Source: Candidatus Latescibacterota bacterium
Lineage (GTDB): Bacteria; Latescibacterota; UBA2968; UBA8231
DNA length: 64,000 nt
Assembly: GCA_965217585.1 (NCBI GenBank)
Contig: OZ244561.1
Coordinates: forward strand, 3,776,001 to 3,840,000
Direction of reading: 5' to 3'
Of this stretch, positions 19,721 through 28,578 are shown one piece after another; positions within the stretch are counted from its first letter, which is position 1; every line of letters starts with the position of its first letter. Position numbers and translations under genes: made by a program. The notes beneath the pieces were generated by a model. It had not been told where the DNA came from, ran no database searches, and saw only the letters and a list, made by a program, of their open reading frames with translations.

Positions 19721-20506
19721 CTACTCGGCGGCCGAGGCGGCCAAAAGTCCCCCATCCACCGGCAGGGACGCCCCGGTGATACAGCCGGCAGCCGACGAGC
19801 AGAGGAAGACCACCGCCCGACCAATATCTTCGGGAGTTCCCGGACGACGCAGAGGAACTATCTCACGGTGCTGCTCGCCAAGGATGCCCAACGCCGGAGG
19901 CGGTTCGTTAAAGACGTGATCGGTGTCCATGTATCCGGGCATGATGGCGTTGCAGCGGATTCCGTATTCGCCCAAGTCAACGGCCATGCTTTCGGTCAGG
20001 CGCAAGACGCCGGCCTTGGCAGCCCCGTACGCAGTGTCATTCTTCCACGCCCGACGCCCGTGCACCGAGGAGGTGCTGACGATGGCTCCTCCGTCGCCCT
20101 GCGCCACCATAGCGCGCGCCGCTTGCTGCGAGCACAAGAAAAAACCCTTGAGGCCCACGTCGAGATTTTGGTCCCAATTCTCCTCGCTGAGTTCGAGAAA
20201 GTGCTCGCCCGTGCCGCCGTAGGGGTTATTTACCAAGATGTCAATGCGGCCAAACCGTTCGAAAAAGGCCGCGAACATCGCCTCAACTTGGTCGCTAGCG
20301 GAAATATCGCCGGCGAAAAACTCGGCCTCGCGGCCCATGGCGCGGACCAAGCCCAAGGTTTTGCCGACATCCTCGTCGTCGTGCAGATCGTTGATCCCCA
20401 CGTCGCAGCCGGCTTCGGCCAAGGCTAGGGTGATGCCGCGACCAATGCGGCGCTTGCCGCCAGTGACGAAGGCTTTTTTTCCATGTAGCGAATATGGATC
20501 GGACAT
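19721..20506 (-). CDS. SDR family oxidoreductase
   Basis: TGGKRRIG, ILVNN, YGAAK, VDGG. Confidence 0.93.
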   Translation of the reverse strand: MSDPYSLHGKKAFVTGGKRRIGRGITLALAEAGCDVGINDLHDDEDVGKTLGLVRAMGREAEFFAGDISASDQVEAMFAAFFERFGRIDILVNNPYGGTGEHFLELSEENWDQNLDVGLKGFFLCSQQAARAMVAQGDGGAIVSTSSVHGRRAWKNDTAYGAAKAGVLRLTESMAVDLGEYGIRCNAIMPGYMDTDHVFNEPPPALGILGEQHREIVPLRRPGTPEDIGRAVVFLCSSAAGCITGASLPVDGGLLAASAAE

Positions 20507-20574
20507 ATTGTGCTCCTTATTGGGCTAAGAGACCGTCTTAACATTCCAACGGTACCCCAAAAACATCATCTCCC

Positions 20575-20602
20575 ATCTGCGCTCATCTGCGTTCATCTGC
20601 GG
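20575..20602. repeat. Short intergenic 10-nt-period repeat (CATCTGCG)x3
   Basis: CATCTGCGCTCATCTGCGTTCATCTGCG; second copy near 26496. Confidence 0.7.
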
Positions 20603-20605
20603 ATT

Positions 20606-21340
20606 CTAAACAATCTCGGGATGTTCGTGTATCGAGGGGGTGGCCATGATGCGCTTTTGGCGTTCGGTCAGCTCGCCGTACTCTTCGAGGTTGTAAAACT
20701 CCTTGGCCCACGTCGAGTAGCCGGGGCTGTACTTATAGAGCAAGGTGCGGCGCTGATGCTCGGAGCGCCACGGCATGGTCCCGTGGATGAGGGCCTCGGT
20801 AAAGAACAGCGCATCCCCGGCCTTAGCTGTCGGTTGGACCACGTAATGCGCGTCGCGCTCAAAGACTCTGACATCTTGGGGCAGGTTGCGGGGGTAGTTG
20901 GTCTTGTGGCTGCCCGGCACGCAGGCAAAGCCGCCGTCGCCCTCATTGGCATCGGCGAGAAAAAAGGTCACCACGCTCAGGCCATTGCGCATTTGGCCGT
21001 CGCGGTAACTGAACCAGTGGTCGGAATCTTGGCTAGGGCCGCCGTGCAGACCACCCCGGGCGTCGCCGCGATTCATGATAATGGCATAGTCGTGGTCAAT
21101 GCGGACCTTGGAGCCGATGAGCTCGACTAAGTAGGGCAGGATTTTGGGGTGATCAATCAGGTTTTTGGTGGCTTGGCCCCAGCTACTGACCTTGTTCAGG
21201 TCGTTGCGGGGATGGTTGTCCCAGCCGGCGATGTACCGGTCCACCAACGCGTTGAGATCGTCCAACTCCTGCGGGCTGAGGACGTCTTTGATGACTAGAT
21301 AGCCCTCCAAGTCAAAGACGAATTTTTCTTCTTCGTTCAT
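20606..21340 (-). CDS. PhyH family dioxygenase
   Basis: FDLEGYLVI, LHGG, GFACVPGSHK, EALIHGT. Confidence 0.9.
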   Translation of the reverse strand: MNEEEKFVFDLEGYLVIKDVLSPQELDDLNALVDRYIAGWDNHPRNDLNKVSSWGQATKNLIDHPKILPYLVELIGSKVRIDHDYAIIMNRGDARGGLHGGPSQDSDHWFSYRDGQMRNGLSVVTFFLADANEGDGGFACVPGSHKTNYPRNLPQDVRVFERDAHYVVQPTAKAGDALFFTEALIHGTMPWRSEHQRRTLLYKYSPGYSTWAKEFYNLEEYGELTERQKRIMATPSIHEHPEIV

Positions 21341-21351
21341 GGCTTGCTCCT

Positions 21352-22908
21352 TTACGCGTAAATATCCTGCATCTGATAGGCGTCGAGCGAGAGCAACTCG
21401 GCACTCTGGCCCTGTGCCCGCAGCGAGACCCCGACGCTGTCGGCGCGGTCGGGATAAACCCGCGCGGCCACGCATTGTTGATCGTTGGCAAAGACTTCAA
21501 CGACGCTCTTATCGACGAAGACCCGCAGCTTGAGCGTCTCGCCTGGGGCGAGGACAACCGGCGCGGTCTCTGGGGCGCGGGAGAGGACGTCGGGCGCGAC
21601 AGAAGAATACGAGGTGTCGAGCGAGATCAAACTCTGGTGGTGGTCGCTGCCAAAGACGCGATTGCTGAAGCCTCGGTTTTTGAAGAAGGCGATGCGCGTG
21701 TACTCCTCCCTGCCGGCAGCGCGTAGGACGTTGAGTTCGACCATGGGCGCGTCTTGGGGATCGATTTCGGCGACGATTTCCATGGCGTTGCCGCGGACCG
21801 CATCGAGGACGAGCTCTTCATTGGCGGGGAGGGTGGTTTTGCCAACGCGCTGGTGGTCCCGCCTGAGCGACGCTAGGTCGCCGGCCGGCTCCATAGCCAA
21901 CTCGTCGCCAACGACGGTCAGCCGACGGGGCAAGGTCATAATCTGGTTCCAGCCCTTGGTCGGTTTGCCGGGGTTCATGTTGAAGATGGTCAAGACGCCG
22001 CCTTGGCCATCGGGGGTCGCCGAAGGAGCGTGGACGCCCGAGGGCGCGGCCGCGCCAAAGTTGAACTTGGCACCGTAGGTCACGACGAACTTGTCGCGCT
22101 CAGTGTCGTAGTCGCCGAGCAGGTACTGACCGCCGCTTCTATGGCTGAAGAAGAGGAGAATGTGGCGGTCGCCAATGGGCCAAAAATAAGGGCAGGCTCC
22201 GTCGTCGCCGACTAGCGTGTACCCGTCGTCCTCGACGAAAGGGTGGAGATACTCCCAGTGTTCGAGATCTCTCGACTTGAAGAGGAAGTTAGCGCGGACG
22301 GGTTTGCCAGCCGGGCCTTCGGGTTTGGTGCCCGCCGACAGCGAGTAGTACGCATCGCCCTGCTTCCAGATGCAGGGGTCGAAGACTCGGTAGGGCAGGG
22401 CGGAACCGTCGGCCGAGCGGATGGGGATCACAGCCTTGTTGGCGACCTTTTCCCAGTTGAGCAATAGCGGGTCCGAAGAAGTGGCGACCATGTTGCCGAC
22501 CTCGGTGCCGTGGTACATGGCAATGACGCGATCTTCCTCGACTAGCGCGGCCCCTGAATAACAGCAACGCTCTGGGTTCGGATAAATGCAGTAGGGCAGG
22601 TCGCGCCAGTGGACGAGGTCGTCGCTTATGGCGTGGCCCCAGTGCTGACGGGTATCCTCCGGTGGGTAGGCTTGGTAGAAGAGATGGTAGCGGCCCTGCC
22701 AGAAGCAAAGCCCGTTGGGGTCGTTGAGATTGGCTTCGGGGTTGATATAATGGTAGATGGGTCGGTGTGGGTCGCCGGCGTACGAGCGGCGCGCTTCGAG
22801 CAGACGCTGCATCAGCGGGTTGGTCGCCAGCGCCTCCTCCTGTCCGGCCAAGGTGTCGGGGAAGGTGTAATAGGGGACCTTTGAAGTGTAGTCGGGCGCG
22901 GCAGTCAT
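21352..22908 (-). CDS. Glycoside hydrolase family 32 protein
   Basis: NDPNG, WGHAISDDLVHW, YSG, FDP, DKSVVEVF; no signal peptide. Confidence 0.92.
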   Translation of the reverse strand: MTAAPDYTSKVPYYTFPDTLAGQEEALATNPLMQRLLEARRSYAGDPHRPIYHYINPEANLNDPNGLCFWQGRYHLFYQAYPPEDTRQHWGHAISDDLVHWRDLPYCIYPNPERCCYSGAALVEEDRVIAMYHGTEVGNMVATSSDPLLLNWEKVANKAVIPIRSADGSALPYRVFDPCIWKQGDAYYSLSAGTKPEGPAGKPVRANFLFKSRDLEHWEYLHPFVEDDGYTLVGDDGACPYFWPIGDRHILLFFSHRSGGQYLLGDYDTERDKFVVTYGAKFNFGAAAPSGVHAPSATPDGQGGVLTIFNMNPGKPTKGWNQIMTLPRRLTVVGDELAMEPAGDLASLRRDHQRVGKTTLPANEELVLDAVRGNAMEIVAEIDPQDAPMVELNVLRAAGREEYTRIAFFKNRGFSNRVFGSDHHQSLISLDTSYSSVAPDVLSRAPETAPVVLAPGETLKLRVFVDKSVVEVFANDQQCVAARVYPDRADSVGVSLRAQGQSAELLSLDAYQMQDIYA

Positions 22909-23077
22909 GGGATCCTCCGGTTTGGTGAGTGGTCGTTAGGGCGGCGAGAAAGTATAGGTCTTGCGCGGGCGTCAATCCAGTCTTGGTCAGAAGACAACGC
23001 GCCGCTGCCCATGCAGTCGGATTGACAACCGCCGTGCGAATACGCTCTATTCCCTTTAATTGCATCCCAACAAGCCC

Positions 23078-24055
23078 ATGCGCATAGACTGCCAGACCCA
23101 TATTTTCCCCGTCGAATACGCGGAAGTTTTGGCCCAAAATCCCGAGTGGCCACAAACCTTGGTGGAAGCCGACCAATTCGTTCTCACCTATAAAGACGCT
23201 CAGACGTTTGTCATGGGGCGGGAGGCTTATGGCGTCAAGCGCAAGCTGAATGCCATGGACGCGGCCGGTATCGACATCAGCGCACTGAGCGTGAATATGC
23301 CCGGGCCGGAAAACCTCGCACCGGAGCTAGCGGTCCCCGCCGCCCGCGCTGGCAACGACGCCTTGGCCGAAGCCGTGGCACAGCACCCAGACCGCTTCGT
23401 CGGCTTGGCCTGCTTGCCTTGGCAGAGCACCGAAGATGCGCTGGCGGAGTTGGAACGCGCCGTCGTCACCCTCGGCCACCGAGGAGTGATGCTCTATTCG
23501 CACATTGTGGGCGTCGAGGTGGACGACGTGGCGTTGGATCCGCTGTATCGGCGCATCGCCGAACTAGGCGTTCCGGTCGTCCTGCATCCGAGCGTGCCGC
23601 CTTGGGGCGAGGCCATCAAGCACCACTCCATGATCCCCATGGCGGGTTTGATGGTACATCAGAGTTTTGCCACCTTGCAGTTGATTTTGGGCGGCGTCCT
23701 CGAACGCCATCCTCAACTCAAGGTCGTGCAGCCGCACTGCGGCGGTGTGCTGCCGTATCTGTGGGGGCGCGTCGAACACCAGACCGAGACCTTGTGCCGG
23801 GGCCGGGCGCAGATCAGTCAACCTGTCGGCAGCTACTATGAACGAGTTTATTTAGACGTGGTCTCCCCTTGGCCGCCAGCACTGAGGCTCGCCTATGAGT
23901 TTGCCGGCAGCGACCGGCTGCTCTTTGCCAGCGATCATCCGTGGGTGGAGATCGACGTGTTGAGTCGGCTGGTGGAGGACATGGACATTCCCGCCGAAGA
24001 CAAAGACGACATTTTCGGCCGCAACGCCTGCGCGCTGTTTGGAATCAGCGGCTAA
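23078..24055 (+). CDS. Amidohydrolase_2 family (ACMSD-like decarboxylase/hydrolase)
   Basis: IDCQTH, VLHP, PHCGG, LFASDHP, IFGRNA. Confidence 0.9.
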   Translation: MRIDCQTHIFPVEYAEVLAQNPEWPQTLVEADQFVLTYKDAQTFVMGREAYGVKRKLNAMDAAGIDISALSVNMPGPENLAPELAVPAARAGNDALAEAVAQHPDRFVGLACLPWQSTEDALAELERAVVTLGHRGVMLYSHIVGVEVDDVALDPLYRRIAELGVPVVLHPSVPPWGEAIKHHSMIPMAGLMVHQSFATLQLILGGVLERHPQLKVVQPHCGGVLPYLWGRVEHQTETLCRGRAQISQPVGSYYERVYLDVVSPWPPALRLAYEFAGSDRLLFASDHPWVEIDVLSRLVEDMDIPAEDKDDIFGRNACALFGISG

Positions 24056-24086
24056 CCGCGCCATTGCAAAAAGGAGCAAATCTTCC

Positions 24087-24749
24087 ATGGTCAAACCTGA
24101 AGTACTAGACGCCTTTAAGGAATTCGACTCGCCGACGATTTTCAACGCCATCGTGTTAAAGTGCGGCCTGCCCAACGAAGAGTACACCGACCACCGGATC
24201 CGCTATCTGCTACCGGAATTGGGGCCGATCATCGGCTATGCGGTGACCGCGGAAGTAACGACCAACGATCCAGATTCCGTAGTAGCACCTTGGGAGGAGT
24301 ATTACGAGTCGATTGACTCTATGGAGGGACCCGTGGTCGCGGTGATGAAGGATGTGGACTCGCGCCCTGGACGCGGGGCCAGTTTTGGCGACGGCATGGC
24401 GCGGCTGCACCAGCGGCTAGGTGCGGTGGGGGCCATTGTCGATGGAACGGTGCGCGACTTGGAGGGGATCCGCCGGGTCGGGCTGCCGATCTTCGCCTGG
24501 GGGATGGTGCCAGGGCACGGAGTATTCAACGCGACGCGGGTCAACGCGCCGGTTACCGTAGGGTCGGTGCGGATTCGGCCGGGGGACCTGATCTTTGGCG
24601 ATGGCGACGGATGCGTGCGCATTCCGCTGGAGCACGCAGAGGAGGTGTTGGAACTGGCAGCAGAGGTGCGGGCCAAAGAAGCGGAGATCTTCGCGTTGTA
24701 CGATTCGGACGACTTTTCCCTCGCCAAGTGGCGAGAATCGCGCCAATAG
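24087..24749 (+). CDS. RraA-like/HMG aldolase family protein
   Basis: GYAVT, FGDGM, VDGTVRD, PGDLIFGDGDG. Confidence 0.9.
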   Translation: MVKPEVLDAFKEFDSPTIFNAIVLKCGLPNEEYTDHRIRYLLPELGPIIGYAVTAEVTTNDPDSVVAPWEEYYESIDSMEGPVVAVMKDVDSRPGRGASFGDGMARLHQRLGAVGAIVDGTVRDLEGIRRVGLPIFAWGMVPGHGVFNATRVNAPVTVGSVRIRPGDLIFGDGDGCVRIPLEHAEEVLELAAEVRAKEAEIFALYDSDDFSLAKWRESRQ

Positions 24750-24784
24750 GGGCGTGCCCTCATCGCCGCCCAAAGGAGGACATC

Positions 24785-25660
24785 ATGGAGGCCACCACGG
24801 TAAAAATTGATCCCAAAGAAGAAATCGGCTTTATGACGGTCGATGAGACTGATTTTGCCGCTTTCTCCCTGAGCCAGCAGATCCGCCATCTCGAAATGGA
24901 GGGCTACGTGCTCCTGCCGGATGTGCTCGACGCCGAGCACATTGCGGCGCTAAAGGCCGAGCTGAAAAACCTGCCGATGGGGCACAAGGACTACAGCGAG
25001 GCCCAAACCTTCCACCACGAACCCCAATGTACAAACCGAGCGGTGGCCGAGCTGATCGGCTATCCGCCGATCGCGGAATTCCTCAAAGCGCTCATGGGGC
25101 CGGACATCGTCTTTACGCACGGGCTTTTTACTCGCACGCTCTCCGGCTCGCCGGGCATTTCAATGCACACCGACGGCCAGCCATTCGGCTCGTCGATTTT
25201 TGGCTTCGAGGGCTCTTCGCCGCGCCTTTTGCGGGTGCTCTACTACCTCGATGACCTGCCGCCCGAGCGCGCACCCTTCCGGCTCATTCCGCGCTCCCAT
25301 CTCTCGTTTCACGCCCAAGCCAACCCGTACGTGCGCTATGTCTCGCACCCACAGGAGATTACCCTCTGTGCCAAGGCCGGTTCGGTCGTCATGATACCCG
25401 CTCTCCTCTTCCACGGCACCCATCCCAACAAGGACTTGGCCCCTCGGGAACTGATCCAGTTCGGCTACCGGCCGGCTTGGGCGGGGCCGGTTCAGCCGAT
25501 GGAGGAGTGGGACTCGGAATGGGTGGAGAACGCGCCGGCAGCGGCCAAACCTTTTCTCCAAAGCCGCAACACTTCCGGCAAGGAGTGGAAACAGGTACAC
25601 AAACCCCAGGGCATGCAGCGCGCCGCACCCGGCATCAATCCAGACCGCTGGGGGAACTAA
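24785..25660 (+). CDS. PhyH family dioxygenase
   Basis: EGYVLLPDVL, MHTD, IPRSH, FHGTHPN. Confidence 0.9.
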   Translation: MEATTVKIDPKEEIGFMTVDETDFAAFSLSQQIRHLEMEGYVLLPDVLDAEHIAALKAELKNLPMGHKDYSEAQTFHHEPQCTNRAVAELIGYPPIAEFLKALMGPDIVFTHGLFTRTLSGSPGISMHTDGQPFGSSIFGFEGSSPRLLRVLYYLDDLPPERAPFRLIPRSHLSFHAQANPYVRYVSHPQEITLCAKAGSVVMIPALLFHGTHPNKDLAPRELIQFGYRPAWAGPVQPMEEWDSEWVENAPAAAKPFLQSRNTSGKEWKQVHKPQGMQRAAPGINPDRWGN

Positions 25661-25673
25661 GGAGGAGCACATC

Positions 25674-26411
25674 GTGAAACTAGCTGAACTCACTTGGCCC
25701 GACTTGGAGCAGGTGTCCAGAGACGACACGGTAGTAGTATATCCCATCGCGGCGTTTGAGCAGCACGGGCCGCATCTGCCGTTTATAACGGACACCGCTG
25801 AGGTCGCCGCCATCGTCGATCGCCTCGACGCGGAGATTCCCGATCAGGTCCTCTGTCTCCCTGCGCAGTGGCTGGGCTATTCCCCGCACCATCTGCGGTT
25901 TAAGGGCACGATAACTGCCCAATCAGAGACTCACATCAACATGATCGTCGATACCGTAAGCAGCATGGTCCACGCCGACTTCGACAAGATCGCCATAGTC
26001 AACGGCCACGGCGGGAATGTCCCCAATATGAACGTCGCCCTCCAGCGCCTGATGGAGCAGTGCCCAGACGCGAGAATCTATGGGACCTCCTGGTTCGCCT
26101 ACGACGAGCTAGGCCAGATCAGGGAGGCGGGGCCCCACGGTTGGGGGCACGCGGGCGAGATGGAAACTTCGGTGATGATGGCCCTGCATCCCGAATGGGT
26201 CAAAGCAGACCGCCTGCAAAAGGACGGCCATCCGCCGCAATCTGAGCGCGCCGCCCAAGTCGCTCGCTACCGGTGGATCCACCAATCGACCGACCAAGGC
26301 ACCTACGGCGACCCCACCTTCGGGTCCGCCGAAAAGGGGGAGCGCTTCATCCGCGCCGCGGTCGAGATACTGGTCCGCATTGTCGAGGATATAAGAAAGG
26401 GGCACTTGTAG
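25674..26411 (+). CDS. Creatininase family amidohydrolase
   Basis: EQHGPHLP..D, NGHGGN, HAGEMETS. Confidence 0.93.
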   Translation: MKLAELTWPDLEQVSRDDTVVVYPIAAFEQHGPHLPFITDTAEVAAIVDRLDAEIPDQVLCLPAQWLGYSPHHLRFKGTITAQSETHINMIVDTVSSMVHADFDKIAIVNGHGGNVPNMNVALQRLMEQCPDARIYGTSWFAYDELGQIREAGPHGWGHAGEMETSVMMALHPEWVKADRLQKDGHPPQSERAAQVARYRWIHQSTDQGTYGDPTFGSAEKGERFIRAAVEILVRIVEDIRKGHL

Positions 26412-26495
26412 CGCGGACCCGACTTTTTTAATGATGGATATAGCAACCCTGAATGACTTGAACGATTCGAGCTGCGGATCGTCTTGTTTCTACTA

Positions 26496-26523
26496 TTCTG
26501 CGTCCATCTGCGTCCATCTGCGG
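26496..26523. repeat. Second copy of the (CATCTGCG)n intergenic repeat
   Basis: TTCTGCGTCCATCTGCGTCCATCTGCGG. Confidence 0.7.
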
Positions 26524-26542
26524 ATTTAGAGGAGAATATGCC

Positions 26543-27556
26543 ATGGAAATAACAAAGAACCAGCGCAAAATAAACTGGTATCGGTGTCCCTTGCCGCGCG
26601 AGACGCTCAATGCGCTCAACCAGCGCAGCGACTTTTGGGGCCTGCTACAAACGCTGGGGCATTTGGGCCTGCTGGCGGCGACGGGCGCGGGGGCTTGGTA
26701 CGCGGCGGAGCACTTGGCTCTGCCGTGGTTGCTGTTGATCCTCTTTTTTCACGGGACGTTCTACGCCTTTTTGCTGAACGGCTTCCACGAATTGTGTCAC
26801 TCCACGGTCTTCAAAAGCAAATTCCTCAACTACTTCTTCCTGCGCCTGTTCAGCTTTCTGGGCGGGTACAACCACATCCATTTCTGGACCAGTCACGCCG
26901 AGCACCACAAGTACACCCTGCACCCGCCCGACGATCTCGAAGTGGTGCTGCCGGCCCAATTGCGATTCGTGGATTTTCTCAAGAGTGCCATTGTAAATCC
27001 GTGGGGCTTGCACGGCCGCTACAAGACGACTGCGCGGCGGGCATTCGGGAAACTAGAAGGCGAATGGGAGCTGGCGCTCTTCCCCGAGTCGGACCCAGAC
27101 AAGCGGCGACGGCTCATTCGCTGGGATCGCTTCTTGCTAGTGGGACACGCCCTAATTGTGGCGGTATCCTTGTACTTCGGCCTGTGGCTGGTACCAGTGC
27201 TCATTACGCTGGCCCCGTTCTACGGGGGCTGGTTGCTGTTTTTGTGCAACAACACCCAGCACATCGGCTTGCAGGACGACGTGCCAGACTTTCGGCTCTG
27301 CACCCGCACGGTCATCTTGAATCCGTTCTTCCGCTTCCTCTACTGGCACATGAATTACCACATCGAACACCACATGTACGCGGCCGTGCCGTGCTACCGG
27401 CTCGGCAAGCTACACGCGGCCATCAAAAGCGATCTGCCGCACTGTCCGCGGGGGCTGTACGAGGCGTGGACGGAGATCGCTGCCATCCTCGAGCGGCAAA
27501 AGGCCGAGCCAGGCTACGAATACGTGCCGGAATTGCCCACGCCCGTCGCAGCTTGA
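26543..27556 (+). CDS. Fatty-acid-desaturase-fold membrane di-iron oxygenase
   Basis: His boxes HELCH, HAEHH, HIEHH. Confidence 0.9.
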   Translation: MEITKNQRKINWYRCPLPRETLNALNQRSDFWGLLQTLGHLGLLAATGAGAWYAAEHLALPWLLLILFFHGTFYAFLLNGFHELCHSTVFKSKFLNYFFLRLFSFLGGYNHIHFWTSHAEHHKYTLHPPDDLEVVLPAQLRFVDFLKSAIVNPWGLHGRYKTTARRAFGKLEGEWELALFPESDPDKRRRLIRWDRFLLVGHALIVAVSLYFGLWLVPVLITLAPFYGGWLLFLCNNTQHIGLQDDVPDFRLCTRTVILNPFFRFLYWHMNYHIEHHMYAAVPCYRLGKLHAAIKSDLPHCPRGLYEAWTEIAAILERQKAEPGYEYVPELPTPVAA

Positions 27557-27870
27557 GGCGATGCCTTTTGTATGGAAGAAACCCTAACTCCTGACCATGC
27601 GCTCGCGCTCACGCAGGCCGTACCTTTCCTGCTCGATTTTCCCGCCTCGCGTTTTTGGGTGGATTACGACCAAGAGGCTGACGTGCTCTACATCAGCTTC
27701 GCACGTCCGCAGCAGGCTACGGATACAACCCTGACCGATGAGGGCCTCCTGTTGCGCTATCGGGATAGCCAGCTAGTAGGTGTTACAGTGTTGGATGCCT
27801 CTACTCGCGTACCAACGTAAGTGATTTCCATGTCTCTTAAATTACCCACGCCCGTCGCGGTTTGAGACGA
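27531..27870. repeat. 31-bp imperfect direct repeats flanking the DUF2283 gene
   Basis: AATTGCCCACGCCCGTCGCAGCTTGAGGCGA (27531-27561) vs AATTACCCACGCCCGTCGCGGTTTGAGACGA (27840-27870), 27/31 identical. Confidence 0.8.
27572..27820 (+). CDS. DUF2283 domain protein (TA-associated)
   Basis: YDQEADVLYISF...LVGVTVLDAS. Confidence 0.85.
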   Translation: MEETLTPDHALALTQAVPFLLDFPASRFWVDYDQEADVLYISFARPQQATDTTLTDEGLLLRYRDSQLVGVTVLDASTRVPT

Positions 27871-27990
27871 CAGAGAGCCTCCGGCATCTGCCTTCTTCTG
27901 GCCGCTCGCCGACGATTGATTCTTGTGGCGTGAGATATTTACATGCCGCACAAGGCGTCGAGGTTGTTCATGTGAAAGCCAGTGCTGGGA

Positions 27991-28521
27991 TTAAAGTTGA
28001 GGGTCATAGCACCTTCTTTTTTTAGCGATTGCCTTCTCTTCTTTATCGACGCTTTCTCTGATTTTATCTCCAACTATCTGTGTAAGATCGCACACTTTAT
28101 CTATCCAGTCTTCTGTCCATGTGCCAAGCGGTTCATGTCTTGTTGGTATTGGCGGAAGCACTCCACCTATTGTATAAGACAGACCACTCGCGGCTATGTC
28201 AGAATGGGCATGGGCTGTATCCCTATCATCTATGAGTCGCTTATGCAGACCTCTATATTCTTCATCCTTGGGCACATATTCGTCAGAGAGACGCCCCTCC
28301 TCCCTTTTCCCATCTCTGTCATTATTACCAGTAAATGGGCGTGCATAAGCAACAGTCAGCGCTTCAACCAAGGCCTGAAAGATTACCCTGTCTTTCCTCC
28401 TGTTCTCCCTTACACTGTTGTAATTAAGCCCTCTGCGCTTTAGTTCCTCGGCATATATTTGCGCTTCAAGAATATCCCTTTGGGACATAACAAGTCTGTC
28501 CATCTTTTTATTGTTGCTCAT
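27991..28521 (-). CDS. Low-GC hypothetical protein with HEPN-like RxxxxxH motif
   Basis: VAYARPF...RDTAHAHSD; RBS AGGAG; AT-rich relative to flanks. Confidence 0.5.
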   Translation of the reverse strand: MSNNKKMDRLVMSQRDILEAQIYAEELKRRGLNYNSVRENRRKDRVIFQALVEALTVAYARPFTGNNDRDGKREEGRLSDEYVPKDEEYRGLHKRLIDDRDTAHAHSDIAASGLSYTIGGVLPPIPTRHEPLGTWTEDWIDKVCDLTQIVGDKIRESVDKEEKAIAKKRRCYDPQL

Positions 28522-28578
28522 TTTTCTCCTTTTTTTAGGCTTTGCCCACATCGCTTTCTCGCTGACGCGGTTGGGACA

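Noticed and set aside
26584-27594. Long alternative-frame and antisense ORFs (also 22289-23176, 53720-54646, 59475-60293)
   Set aside because: Shadow ORFs of GC-rich genes: no motifs, fully overlapping well-supported CDSs
27820-28578. Integron cassette with attC site around the low-GC ORF
   Set aside because: No convincing RYYYAAC...GTTRRRY paired structure and no integrase seen
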